A stretch of DNA of 64,000 bases from a virus: IMG/VR virus record IMGVR_UViG_3300045988_119787, positions 10,557 through 74,556 of that record; one strand, written 5' to 3'. The stretch's first letter is position 1, and each line of letters opens with the position of its first letter. Position numbers and translations under genes: made by a program. The notes beneath the pieces are model-generated. The model had not been told where the DNA came from. It ran no database searches and saw nothing but the letters and a program-made list of their open reading frames with translations. Positions 15,001 through 19,644 of the stretch are shown here, piece by piece.

Positions 15001-15551
15001 ACAAATGGGTGAATGCCCAGACAAACGATGTAGCCAAGGGTAACGAGGATATGCTGGGTAATAGTTTCCTGGATATGGTAACGAACCCTAGTATGCTGAA
15101 TCATTACATCGGCGGTCTTGGCGGTGGTGCTGCTACCTTTACTGAGCGTGCTATTGGTGTTGTGAAGCATGGAAATGATACGGAAACCAAGGATATTCCT
15201 TTCCTTCGCTCCCTACTCTATACGCCTAGCGAGCAAAGCAGCTTGCAGAGAACCAAGAGCAAGTGGTATAACTACAAGGACGAAATGGAAAAGACCATGG
15301 CAAATGTGGACCGTCTGAAATCCAAGAACGTTCCGATTGATAAGAGAATCACGAATATTGGGGAATATTATCACTTCCAAAACTCCAAGGAAGCTGCCAA
15401 GGTGAGAGTAATCGAGCTGGCAGAGAAACAGATGAAGCGCTGGAAGAAGATGAGGGATAAGGCTAGCGATACAGAAAGCATCAACTTCGCTAATCAGAAT
15501 ATTGATAGGATCATGATGGATGCGGTGGACGAACTGGATAGACTGGAATAA
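3..15551 (+). CDS. Giant multidomain 'polyvalent' protein (>=5175 aa; reading frame open to the window edge, so 5'-partial): ParB-like, N6-adenine MTase, Sno/SNF2-like helicase, two zincin modules, C-terminal TM segment
   Basis: Uninterrupted ORF in frame 3 ending TAA 15549-15551. No stop lies between position 3 and the TTG at 24 used by the ORF track. Catalytic motifs are listed as sub-features. Architecture matches polyvalent and DarB-like proteins of phages and conjugative elements. Confidence 0.85.
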   Translation, partial: STGDDTSLSALGQAALGGFEHGATTGAMFGVSGAIMAPWVSKFGITGLEKSTGEKWLHGTQKLGATAAGLGVEAGTMMVADNITGDKDISFGTWLEDVVMVGAFKAGEPKNYAHIGNALYNLTHNSGGNFVIGKNTNGSPIAVDIRLTPDEKNELISSASGKNLMDAFVKVDRASKTAPRDSKYKTAYTDFMNDPDVSQSTKEKVNAAMGLFNTTRGKSYRSVNDVKNKQILEYTKNGTLLTRTSYKNADERRAILYKQKLYRDNDDMMSLIGYSKMKDMQLTDEDGNVTSLALGFLRNNGYDTSKDVTDPINAQLINDLRNPKSALYLDWEKYVDVYGSYGDLKVESADVVGGFMDTLKKMINDKGNMTVDIDNIMRKDPMKRTDQENKIFYYVKKALEDELFPSWRPHADQSASQGKTVAEEHSLGTDDPDSGVVVDELRNLRNAEQALDAAMDSNDVFKQTFEKLHQQGLTPAQIYDALIQNGLTQEELTPLAQYINANARVQGMQQATADVIEENVKSFISDWSYHGTLNGQAMNGEQALYVQDSNGRTLLVGSGDVAFDQTTGRAKEGSGDMLVCFDPNTREMVYVKADEVTLFQNQPIDQFAAEYRQRLQMKNSEPYNQAAQEQAMQDAAKPQQEQEAPQDNTTKSEDNTTKEGDLTKDDTTLTKVNTTSGKDNTTNENLAPQEQPQPSRKFADGSDVPMATDSKGRPTPDYEKMTPEQSAEILTEDFGDNAEKVVDGQIQKAEKALKDAEKMKVDYTAEPNDIMEQETLKNQTIEAAKKQLDHAQNIKKAMTAKKVAETVGKTEQTEGAHEAGSVAAQKFVNAPRLIGNKRTRMLPDGETKIKGHYEIVPAESLTPSHDVNNGYKKSEGFPTDAEGRTVNDRDYEHDKAAQQNTDQIARKYNGMAIEQVPVVSDEGIVYDGNGRTMAGQKAAKEGTDAEYINDLLENAENFGFTREQIEQSGIEHPRLVMVTDERLPYDAATFAKFNRNEKKTQSNTEQAVAKAKTLTSDEVGAIVAEIEGNGSLDAFFNNSKAINDLVKTLVDKGIIGQNEVAQMMDSPERLSAQGREYVKNLLLGSIFKPETIRMLGIDSTVKNKAINAIRSVMDNMKLGEFSLRDEIDQAIQLLYEARRGGNKVDTLLRTPSMFGEDAAKRYSSISQMMALALEGKVSDFRDLLDEYNRIAAARNTGEGDVFGEAPTKPELIKEFMDFKKWQDYGTGHSENERGNDVSGIEEPQQEASGGNEPAEAERPRVEEPEVGSLPLLPKEENPDPQFNPIEAAAAEFKKEHPLTEEEIMKADVDDLSKDMALDYQNGEVTDDLHRAIYESIYAKRKGLKAEPKVETPKSEPSADPMEAFKNAAEGFEKEKKGKAEQPKKPQQTADDAAVAASNKKVNDLWDMLKNAGKDEMSASFVGLNSRQLEVLPKLVSAMAENAYLRIKRGMHNLEDVVKEMRKEFAPASKIFKKEDVDAIYEQMMNIRYRDGEQRMSLKEWADYYEKTSPKHQENLVGDSKSAEERKMAEKKFIDVVNLQLGFKHKFNGIVELRKIAERLGLKDIKDTDLQELAETAIVKRARGIASSESTNNAEKFKRIKTLYENQPSLNQRDSERVMKQQYSTPAPYAFLADMYVKGNGKVIESALEPSAGNGMLTIGLPKDKVHVNDIDDTRLLNLNRQGFGKVTSQDGTQPFNVKPVDIVITNPPFGSATPKEYDGYKISSLEGQMAINALESMKDDGRAAIIIGGKTEYAKNGSLNPKDKAFLGYLYSHYNVEDVINVDGGLYAKQGTSYPTRIILINGRRLDENAFPPVKDKARAEAVKDYDELYKRIEDDILRGERMDSSIGGETRSAQPELDKQGAAGTPKERVRAGERGGSKPDGERESDLFDSTSVSGTHDDLENQRGTEPREDGGLSGGDTGTDRTGTEPSQSEGATAGTNEQRGAGSGGAGRNDAQPSTDEPASAGSGSGPRGQLQRVDKSVRGLSTEKVTYTPKSGNPFTLKAVMPADQQEAVNKNLEKLGDADQFLVDELGYNDKDDLYSHLAAEQVDSVALALQQAKKGNAFIIGDMTGIGKGRQAASLIRYAKKQGQVPVYFTKTAGLLSDVYRDLVDIGSPELRPFVFGSAKEAAITDSDGNVVFSLPSKSEVKRVLDYIEKNGKLPEEYDYVLTTYSQVSNGVYEFDEDGNRKERKLAKGKSFGAAALSGQKRRDAIEKLMGNAYLILDESHTAGGNSGQGNYFQHIIQKAKNVTFFSATFAKRPDNMPIYALRTAMNEGGMKSSDLIDAVKRGGATLQEIMSQTLTQCGQMIRRERDMTGVTIDWKAIDDPERVKEQREQYDSIIGLFNDIINFQKKYVSSYVDERNIELADIQSTMDIKKGTESLGIKNQPFASKAFNTVQQVLLSLKAKSAAERAIDYLKQGMKPVIALNNTNESQTGNLALGEEMDAPDLGTSLKKGLEGTLRYTQKDAKDNSESGYFKLEDLGEEAVKAYHELEKKIEQTSTGLSLSPIDVIKNELQKAGYKVGELTGRQTEFVYNDNGTVTKVKRADTDKKKLARDFNDGKIDALILNKSAATGISLHASSKYKDQKKRVMIVAQQQLDVNDEVQMRGRIDRTGQVARGAYEYVVSLIPAEQRLLMMFKAKLKSLDANTTSSQKSKFNEMEVADITNKYGDKVVKEYMAEHLDLYARMADPFGWEKTYGDDLSRINPQNLVVSGGGVGDGEAGADASKLLGRMALLRVNEQEKMLQEIGELYANEIQRLNEMGENDLEITELPLKAKTIHKEVWKQGAEPGGDNAFADNTYIEKVNMAILKKPMKASEVKASQEGLTGGKTWDEYKTEKKTAVKEYFGQKIANETQRYEERAVKAATKAKEKYIKDGKKGQEKSGMTDEQIEKNAEYQYETIYKQEKDKLDDVVKNLKEKAEMFDRVLDTFDTNQTFVLPTDMNNPNELSGFGNSYGRLIDIKITDNFSPNASSVSFATLDGRRKITFPIAGKVGAGENKADIIGAIDNMTKQAIGMGDSHLRVLNQNFDNWDRLTSNESRKNGYIVTGNLMQALVDSKDQGLGGQLVKYTTDTGEVKTGILMPDRFDPKGLTTDAPINSVTEKFELSSWHGGIDEVTSSDGEVKVKRIDNNRGYFYELRVPKSKAKGGKYFMDEDLLKLVNGNNFETRGNNMLAEFKPEQLKPVLDRLSKMGVKVQEERKTSEDEGTHFREDRGLQYSKTDTKDVKKGRIIPEDVDKNVSSQIEKKFDSTIKDIEEHTEDRDKSLFADNLESALDEFSDLGRSVIEYYKNDYERKVEKLSGQHTGGHLGGKNDGKGNKGSYLLQYYKTVLAVADRELAYRDARAKNLRETWGLQPGGAFTLGAVERIFKETNRDKGKAELFQRVLDINKRLGVNIKVSAESPKKRSGEADTNRNIDLYIDGLTKTMAPDYAAPTIMLHEMIHEVTMGAINLVKKGKAEGILTPKQIEGVKTILKIYDKVKDDKERFKEEPYGLTDAYELTAQMADSRQRKAMDLSIWDRVMNAAHEFARRGDRSILQRVKDAIKKLFEVSDKDKMDKAINDIMDDFNETIDDISMNEIEQDGFAYKVTDKDELDRLNKEKTFRMYSGMQEVDGKLYSPMAAIIDGKRTDATEIGAWMGADERPDLVKNGKFTLVKTDKNKGVGEGDVPAAYNPYMHTSTSMMNDQFTGAYARGNIKVVEWEIPESEKTSGYRAEGAKDAVGLVPWHSGSVNSLLPKDRQRQVMLSRWRKAVRVVPDSEVAESIAEQLKGTGLAIPWNVVTPNQVRELAKLGVPITTVESGRQAPETKEKFLQQMAELEQEFPQAKFVNVKMSKDAFKVWGKDGGTKFRTDHGESSYPTSSVESHVEKVAQKTGAKVNMVSSVDEITNKAAKAAIEEGRKITGWYDEKTGEVHLYMPNIHDRYTAEKTIWHEVVGHKGMRELFGEDRFNQFLRDVWYDLDKPENAELKKLVDEERRYNPLNIYDAIEEGIARLAEDGKGEPGFWNGIKNKVSDFLHEIGYRIAPNTKDVKYLLWLSKNLQKNPNDPYWKLRAEAVKFRLDHDRVPAVVAHDGMFYGNDGKVRSMESMTKSEWNEATDGQIHFRTTPSAGTALDRYHRSLDEHGYMFTESYMDNMLSLKKLMNAIVPDKKIEDIASSENPYILQNTMQGAMSDAAQMFERNVMKPLDKAMAGVLDAFDGKKDDEKIRNFNLYMITKHGLERNRVFFVRDFLRQMRMYEKKKQDADILENRWSNEKERLDNELNAGNIDLKEYYRQIDEFINNEIDPDYKAGEHDYSGIHAIQEVAKSSDPYDDAEAIASVMDSEAKMESIKKGAVKDYWDKVKAATQYSIDSDYKNGIISKELHGHVSNMFNWYVPLRKYDEATAEDTYGYITEQGDPKSYIGSTIMRARGHKYLSETNVLAQIGAMGNRAIKNGGMNAIRQAFARFARNNSGNNLITETSVWYEKDPMTGIVYERYPDIPEDATPDEINQIVADFNTDMKAKAAQGLASKVYRRGSIGYKFQRAENKSQHIVDVKIAGKTHSFVINGNPRAAQALNGLLENSSAKGFMKPLSTISRMMAQLCTSYNPEFVMRNAFRDAEFASSNVTSKEGARYGALWAKYYAQLGLYKGASNISLKDFSGSTGLGLFAKYRNGTLDISDKVQRYFKEFMENGGETGWVQIKNMKDWTKEYKKDVKDERSKLNKGGELVRDFFFGNLENVNEVAENIARFTTYCTSRDYGRSVIRSVYDAKEVSTNFNRHGSGDAVKSFKNGEMTGTKAARRWAYGFTSGYLRHCSMFFNAGIQSTNLLAKNLKNHPVGTSINMLAIPFALGALAALGNNVLIASEDEKDRKGVKDPYGELPDYVRRNNLCIYKGGGQFITIPLAIELRAFYGLGDLAAGLTFSPNVSGQKNPYLDAVGCMSQLVPVMDYLGNSSAGKEPINETIKAISPSALSPFVEWELNTDWKGAPIERRGDWNENSPAWQRAYKGIPDGYMAVNKWVNAQTNDVAKGNEDMLGNSFLDMVTNPSMLNHYIGGLGGGAATFTERAIGVVKHGNDTETKDIPFLRSLLYTPSEQSSLQRTKSKWYNYKDEMEKTMANVDRLKSKNVPIDKRITNIGEYYHFQNSKEAAKVRVIELAEKQMKRWKKMRDKASDTESINFANQNIDRIMMDAVDELDRLE
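1941..2050 (+). repeat. Degenerate tandem repeat (GATAATACCACAAAA-like, about 5 copies) encoding DNTTK-type low-complexity linker
   Basis: gataataccacaaaa occurs at 1941-1955 and 1962-1976, with diverged copies to ~2050. Protein reads DNTTKSEDNTTKEGDLTKDDTTLTKVNTTSGKDNTTNE. Confidence 0.7.
2550..3000 (+). other. ParB/Srx-like N-terminal domain within giant ORF
   Basis: HYEIVPAESLTPSHDVN...VVSDEGIVYDGNGRTMAGQKAAKEG. The DGxxRxxA-type arginine motif is typical of ParB-like nuclease/NTPase domains. Confidence 0.6.
4860..5412 (+). other. N6-adenine DNA methyltransferase domain (gamma-type motif order) within giant ORF
   Basis: Motif I LEPSAGNGMLTIG (~4944). Motif IV NPPF at 5118-5129 (VITNPPFG). 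Confidence 0.8.
5520..5940 (+). other. Disordered Gly/Ser/Glu/Arg/Thr-rich linker between MTase and helicase
   Basis: GERMDSSIGGETRSAQ...GTDRTGTEPSQSEGATAGTNEQRGAGSGGAGRNDAQPSTDEPASAGSGSGPRG; no hydrophobic core. Confidence 0.6.
6150..7900 (+). other. Strawberry-notch/SNF2-like superfamily-2 helicase core within giant ORF
   Basis: P-loop GDMTGIGKGRQAA (GIGKGR 6219-6236). DExH box LILDESHTAGG (DESH 6678-6689). Motif V-like KSAATGISLHAS. Motif VI QMRGRIDRTGQ (~7824). Confidence 0.8.
10326..10340 (+). other. Zincin motif HEMIH (first metallopeptidase-like module of giant ORF)
   Basis: PTIMLHEMIHEVTMG; codons cat gaa atg att cat. Confidence 0.55.
11802..11819 (+). other. Zincin motif HEVVGH (second metallopeptidase-like module, polyvalent-protein type)
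   Basis: ITGWYDEKTGEVHLYMPNIHDRYTAEKTIWHEVVGHKGMRELFG. Confidence 0.6.
14470..14540 (+). other. Predicted transmembrane segment near C-terminus of giant ORF
   Basis: SINMLAIPFALGALAALGNNVLIA hydrophobic stretch flanked by charged residues. Confidence 0.45.
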
Positions 15552-15554
15552 TAT

Positions 15555-15590
15555 AAAAAAGGGAGTGGGCTTAGTGCTCACTCCTTCTTT
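15555..15590. terminator. Bidirectional intrinsic terminator between convergent giant ORF and the 15621-18629 operon
   Basis: aaaaaa-GGAGTGGGC-ttagt-GCTCACTCC-ttcttt. 9-bp stem (one G-U) with A-run upstream and T-rich run downstream. Confidence 0.7.
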
Positions 15591-15620
15591 GACTCAGCAT
15601 AGAATGCTGAGGAACGGGGG

Positions 15621-16007
15621 CTAGAGGGGGCTTTTCTTGCTTGTGGCGGCTTGACAGAGGGAGCCTAGGAGGTAGCAGGGTTCTTCGGTGTTCATATTTA
15701 TTAGGAACTGCTCGGATATGTGCTGAACTACATGGAGCATTTCGTGGGTGAGGCTGTTTGTATATTCCCCTTTTGAGGTGGTCCGGCCTATTACTACTAT
15801 CGTTTTTCTGGTTTCTATGTTGGAATAGGTTATCCCTTTGTTTGCTTCGCCTTCGAGCACGAGATTACAGGCATCTTCGAGAGGAATGCCTGTGCATCCC
15901 AAATCCCGAAGATGCCTTCTTACCTTCATGGCATCCTTTGAGTGAACATCATACATCACATGTACCATCCAGTCATACCTTTCCAAGTAAATCTCCTGCT
16001 CTGTCAT
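15621..16007 (-). CDS. Small HExxH (zincin-motif) protein, last gene of orphan operon
   Basis: 128-aa ORF with ATG start. Motif SLTHEMLHVVQH. Confidence 0.6.
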   Translation of the reverse strand: MTEQEIYLERYDWMVHVMYDVHSKDAMKVRRHLRDLGCTGIPLEDACNLVLEGEANKGITYSNIETRKTIVVIGRTTSKGEYTNSLTHEMLHVVQHISEQFLINMNTEEPCYLLGSLCQAATSKKSPL

Positions 16008-16010
16008 ATT

Positions 16011-16424
16011 TTACAAAATGTCTTCCCAAGGAATGCCAATACCATTGAACGATGTATCTGCATAGAAGCGGTTGAAGATGAAACCGTCCTGCTGATCCTC
16101 ATCATCTACGTAGTCTTTGATGAACTGGGCCATTTGCTTTTCCTCCGTGATAGACGAACCGTAAAAATCAGCCAGGCACATGTGTGCGATGTAAACCGCA
16201 TCGTAGCCCACATTATTCTCCAGCACGATATTGTTCTTCTTCAAGATGTCCTCAATATCATCCTTGCTCATCATGCGGATAGGCTTACCGTTCTTCCGCA
16301 TCTGCTTAACTGCCCACTCACACATCTTCTTATTGAAGTGCCAGCCGTTGTATCTCAGGTAAGCCTTCATTTCCTCTGGCTGGTAATCGTAGGCGTTCAA
16401 AGATTGTCTGTATTTTCTTTCCAT
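16011..16424 (-). CDS. Hypothetical protein
   Basis: ORF 16011-16475 begins with TTG. First ATG (MERKYRQ...) is at 16424. Tightly packed with neighbours. Confidence 0.55.
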   Translation of the reverse strand: MERKYRQSLNAYDYQPEEMKAYLRYNGWHFNKKMCEWAVKQMRKNGKPIRMMSKDDIEDILKKNNIVLENNVGYDAVYIAHMCLADFYGSSITEEKQMAQFIKDYVDDEDQQDGFIFNRFYADTSFNGIGIPWEDIL

Positions 16425-16480
16425 AATCTCAATCAATTTAAGAAAGGGGTATGCCCACTTTTGAGCACACCCCAAACTAG

Positions 16481-16756
16481 TTAGTAATCTTCTCCGTAAT
16501 CACTTCTGTAATCACGTCCACGGTCTTCACGTTGGCGCATGTCGTCGTACTCTTCATGCTCTCGCATACCGCTTCTACCTCCACGACCTCTATAATCGGG
16601 CATGCGGTTGCGCTCGCCGTATCGGTCACGTCTACCTTCACGCTTCATTTCATTAAGGCAGCTCATAGCCTTGCCAAAGTAGCGCAATCCCTTCTCCACG
16701 TTCTCATACAAGCCATCAAACTTGTCTTCTGTAATCTCAACCATTATCATAATCAT
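16481..16756 (-). CDS. Hypothetical protein with Arg/Asp/Glu/Tyr/Gly-rich disordered C-terminal tail
   Basis: Start trimmed to ATG run at 16744-16756 to avoid overlap with the upstream gene. Tail reads RRDRYGERNRMPDYRGRGGRSGMREHEEYDDMRQREDRGRDYRSDYGEDY. Confidence 0.5.
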   Translation of the reverse strand: MIMIMVEITEDKFDGLYENVEKGLRYFGKAMSCLNEMKREGRRDRYGERNRMPDYRGRGGRSGMREHEEYDDMRQREDRGRDYRSDYGEDY

Positions 16757-16788
16757 AAGATTTTTTAAGTGAATAGATAGGTAGGAGA

Positions 16789-17289
16789 TTACTTGCTCAT
16801 GGTCTGCTGGAGCCATCCCATCATCTTGTCAATCTTGCCCTCAATGCCTGAAACCTTGCCTTCCAGTTTATTGATTTTCTCGGTCTGTTCCTTCTCCTTG
16901 GCTATCTGGGGGTTGAGCTGCAGTAGCATTCCCTCACAAGATTTAACGACTCTCTCATGGTAATCTACGCTCTCCAGTATCGCCTTGGATTGTCTCAGCA
17001 TCGCATCGACCTCGGCACTCATGGCTTCCTTGTTGTCGCTCACCACAAGGTTCTTGTCGTTGGCTATCTGTCCGTTAGCAGGTAACTGTTTGAAATCCAC
17101 TTCCTCATCATTGATCTTCACCTTCACATCAACCACAGTTTCCATAGGCTGAGGCGTGAAGCCATTATTGAAAGAAGGATATCTCGTCTGAGGGTTGCTC
17201 ACCGAAACAACCTGACCGATCTTCAAGTTCGGGTTCTCGCCCTTGTCGAGCACATAGAATAAAGAATTTGTTCTTAAACCTTGAAACAT
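16789..17289 (-). CDS. Hypothetical protein (beta-rich N-terminus, coiled-coil C-terminus)
   Basis: 166-aa ORF. AGGAG 8 nt upstream of the ATG. Confidence 0.6.
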   Translation of the reverse strand: MFQGLRTNSLFYVLDKGENPNLKIGQVVSVSNPQTRYPSFNNGFTPQPMETVVDVKVKINDEEVDFKQLPANGQIANDKNLVVSDNKEAMSAEVDAMLRQSKAILESVDYHERVVKSCEGMLLQLNPQIAKEKEQTEKINKLEGKVSGIEGKIDKMMGWLQQTMSK

Positions 17290-17318
17290 AATGTAATCTC
17301 CTATTATCTATTCTGTTG

Positions 17319-17663
17319 TTAAACAATACCCGTCATAAGTTGAAGGGTGTTAGTGTCTCTCTCAAACCAGAGCTGAACAACTCCAGTTCCCGGCACGTCT
17401 GCAACCGTCAAAGCATCACCATTGAATTTGGTTACGGCTTGGGTTACTCCGTTGGTCTCGAAAAGGATAGGCAGCGTACCGGTCGTTCCAGTCGGAATAG
17501 CCTGACGCAGATTTACGAAAATCGTTCCTCTGTAGCTGGCATTCACGAAGGCGTGGTTTTTAAAGGTGAACACCACATTGGCAGTATTCACCGCCACGCC
17601 TGTAGAAGCGATAGCCGCCGAACCGTTACGATTCACCCATGTATAAGGTCTTAACCATAACAT
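17319..17663 (-). CDS. Small beta-rich hypothetical protein, probably highly expressed
   Basis: 114-aa ORF. GGAGG 5 nt upstream of the ATG (plus-strand cctcc 17669-17673). Confidence 0.6.
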   Translation of the reverse strand: MLWLRPYTWVNRNGSAAIASTGVAVNTANVVFTFKNHAFVNASYRGTIFVNLRQAIPTGTTGTLPILFETNGVTQAVTKFNGDALTVADVPGTGVVQLWFERDTNTLQLMTGIV

Positions 17664-17678
17664 AGCAGCCTCCTTTCT

Positions 17679-18629
17679 TTAACCCCAGAATCCTGCATTG
17701 TTAGCAGCATTCAAACCATACAATCCTGCCTGATAAGCCACGCAGTTAGGAACCGCAGTAAATGGGCTATAAGGAGTAGTTACTGTCTCCGGCAGCTTAC
17801 ATTTGATGCCAGCTACCTCGTTCTGCAATCCTGCCAATACAGCATTAATAGGTGCTACCGCCTGACCAACAATCTGTGAAGTCATAGCAGAAGACTTGAA
17901 GGTGCTGTTCTCCTCACGCAGAGAATCAATCTTGTTCTGCATCTCACGCATCTCAGCCTGCTTCTGACCGTCAACGATGGTCTGAGTGCTTTCCTTGATA
18001 GCGTTATGCAAATCGCAAGTCTGGCGCTGGGTTTCGTAAGCTACGTTAGAGAAGCCACGCTCCTGACCTACAGCCACGTTGTTGATGGCATTCTGTAAGG
18101 TACCAGTCTGCTGGCAGATAGCCAAGCGGTTCTCGCAGCAGCAGTTTGCAATCTGCTGAGCAATCTGCATGTTACCCTGCTGTAAAGCATTGATGGTCTG
18201 CATACCACTCATACCTACCTGATTACCTACACTCTGGACCTGAGAAGTCAAGGCAGAAATGGCATTCTGAATCTGACCTTCGGTACAGTTAAGCTGAGTT
18301 GCGAGATTACTGAGAGCGTTACGATTACCGCCGATGGCATCCATCAAGAGGCTACGACCGTAGTCATTGTTAATCTCGTTAGCGATACCGCCACGACCGT
18401 TACCGCCGAAGCCACCCCAGCCATTGCCGCCCCAACCCATAAGGAAGAAGAGGAAGATAACCCACATGAACCAACCACCTTCACCGCACATTCCATTGTT
18501 ACCCTTCATGGCGAGAAGCACATTTGGATCTACACCCTGCTTCTGGAGCAGAGGAGCAAGAAGTCCAAGCATTCCGTTTGAACCTCCGTTTTGGTTTTCA
18601 CCAAAGATGTATGTCTTAGATTCTGACAT
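17679..18629 (-). CDS. Gly/Trp-rich single-pass membrane protein with Gln/Asn-rich coiled-coil region
   Basis: 316-aa ORF. TM WFMWVIFLFFLMGW followed by GGNGWGGFGGNGRGG. Gln/Asn-rich helical heptad-like segment. First gene after promoter box 18672-18679. Confidence 0.6.
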   Translation of the reverse strand: MSESKTYIFGENQNGGSNGMLGLLAPLLQKQGVDPNVLLAMKGNNGMCGEGGWFMWVIFLFFLMGWGGNGWGGFGGNGRGGIANEINNDYGRSLLMDAIGGNRNALSNLATQLNCTEGQIQNAISALTSQVQSVGNQVGMSGMQTINALQQGNMQIAQQIANCCCENRLAICQQTGTLQNAINNVAVGQERGFSNVAYETQRQTCDLHNAIKESTQTIVDGQKQAEMREMQNKIDSLREENSTFKSSAMTSQIVGQAVAPINAVLAGLQNEVAGIKCKLPETVTTPYSPFTAVPNCVAYQAGLYGLNAANNAGFWG

Positions 18630-18671
18630 AATAAAATAGATTATTCGTTTCGTCCACTATTGAACTTGGTG

Positions 18672-18679
18672 CAAAGTTA
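18672..18679 (-). promoter_or_regulatory. Bacteroidota-type -7 box (TAACTTTG on minus strand)
   Basis: Plus-strand CAAAGTTA matches reverse complement of TAnnTTTG, 43-50 nt upstream of ATG 18629. Confidence 0.5.
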
Positions 18680-18846
18680 CGAAGGCCCAAGCGCTCTGCC
18701 TAACTATGCTCAAAATAAAGTTTTTAAGGGTTAGATGGTTGTTTTTCAGACGTTTATGATGAGTAAGATAATACTCACTTATTTAGATTCAACCTAAACT
18801 ACGAAGAAAGTAAGCTTTAGACTGTACAACCTATTGGATTTTTTCG

Positions 18847-18854
18847 TACTTTTG
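18847..18854 (+). promoter_or_regulatory. Bacteroidota-type -7 box TACTTTTG
   Basis: Matches TAnnTTTG, 30 nt upstream of ATG 18884. Confidence 0.5.
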
Positions 18855-18883
18855 TAGGAAAATAACGTTTTAGTATATTATCA

Positions 18884-19423
18884 ATGAAGAAATTATTGTT
18901 TTTGTTTTATTTAGTATGTTTCCCTATTGCTATACTTGCACAAGATTCAGTGTTAGGTATAAATTTCGGGAACAGTTATAGTTCCGTCAAGTCTTCCCTT
19001 GAAAATAGATATGGCACTTTGAGCGTGATGGAAGATAAAGGAACGCTAAGAGTCTTCGATATTTCTGTTGGTGACTACACGTTTAATATGGGAGAATTTG
19101 ATTTTCAGTATAGCGGAAGTGATTCATACTTTTATTATGCGGAATTTCAAAAAAACTTTTCTGTAAATGCTTCTCAACAGGCTAAAGACTTTAGAGAAAA
19201 CTTGCGGTTTACATTGAGCCGGAAATATACAGCAGGCTATATATGGACAAACGAACAAGGTTACAAATGCTATAATTTTGCAGAACCGGGAACAGATCCA
19301 AAAGAAAATCCTGCATGTACTTTAATAGTGCAAAAATCTAAAAGTAAGGGTGGATCAACTTATATATATGTTACTCTCTATTATGGTCCACATTATTATA
19401 TAAATGAGGCTAGCGATTTTTAA
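18884..19423 (+). CDS. Secreted hypothetical protein (signal peptide)
   Basis: MKKLLFLFYLVCFPIAILAQD signal-like N-terminus. 179 aa. Confidence 0.6.
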   Translation: MKKLLFLFYLVCFPIAILAQDSVLGINFGNSYSSVKSSLENRYGTLSVMEDKGTLRVFDISVGDYTFNMGEFDFQYSGSDSYFYYAEFQKNFSVNASQQAKDFRENLRFTLSRKYTAGYIWTNEQGYKCYNFAEPGTDPKENPACTLIVQKSKSKGGSTYIYVTLYYGPHYYINEASDF

Positions 19424-19425
19424 TC

Positions 19426-19644
19426 ATGAAAACATTTATACTTTTTGCGATACTGTTCTGTTCTTCCGTAGGAAGTCAAGGCGTTTATGTTTGTACTGGT
19501 CCAACAGCTTATGCTTATCACAAAACCAAAGCCTGCAGAGGTCTTAGACGATGCTCGGGAGAAATTAAGAAAATTAGTTTAGAACAAGCTAAAAAGGAAA
19601 ACCGAAAAGCTTGCAAATTATGTTATAAAAAGAAACAAATATGA
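19426..19644 (+). CDS. Small exported Cys-rich protein (C-x..YH..C..C-x..C-x2-C zinc-ribbon-like motif)
   Basis: MKTFILFAILFCSSVGS signal, then CTGPTAYAYHKTKACRGLRRC...CKLC. Confidence 0.5.
   Translation: MKTFILFAILFCSSVGSQGVYVCTGPTAYAYHKTKACRGLRRCSGEIKKISLEQAKKENRKACKLCYKKKQI

Noticed and set aside
15758-16484. Plus-strand ORFs 15758-16048 and 15942-16484, opposite the last two genes of the orphan operon.
   Set aside because: They are antisense to compact, well-formed minus-strand ORFs, and their composition is junk-like (His/Leu/Ile/Val-rich). The convergent terminator at 15555-15590 also leaves no place for a rightward transcript.
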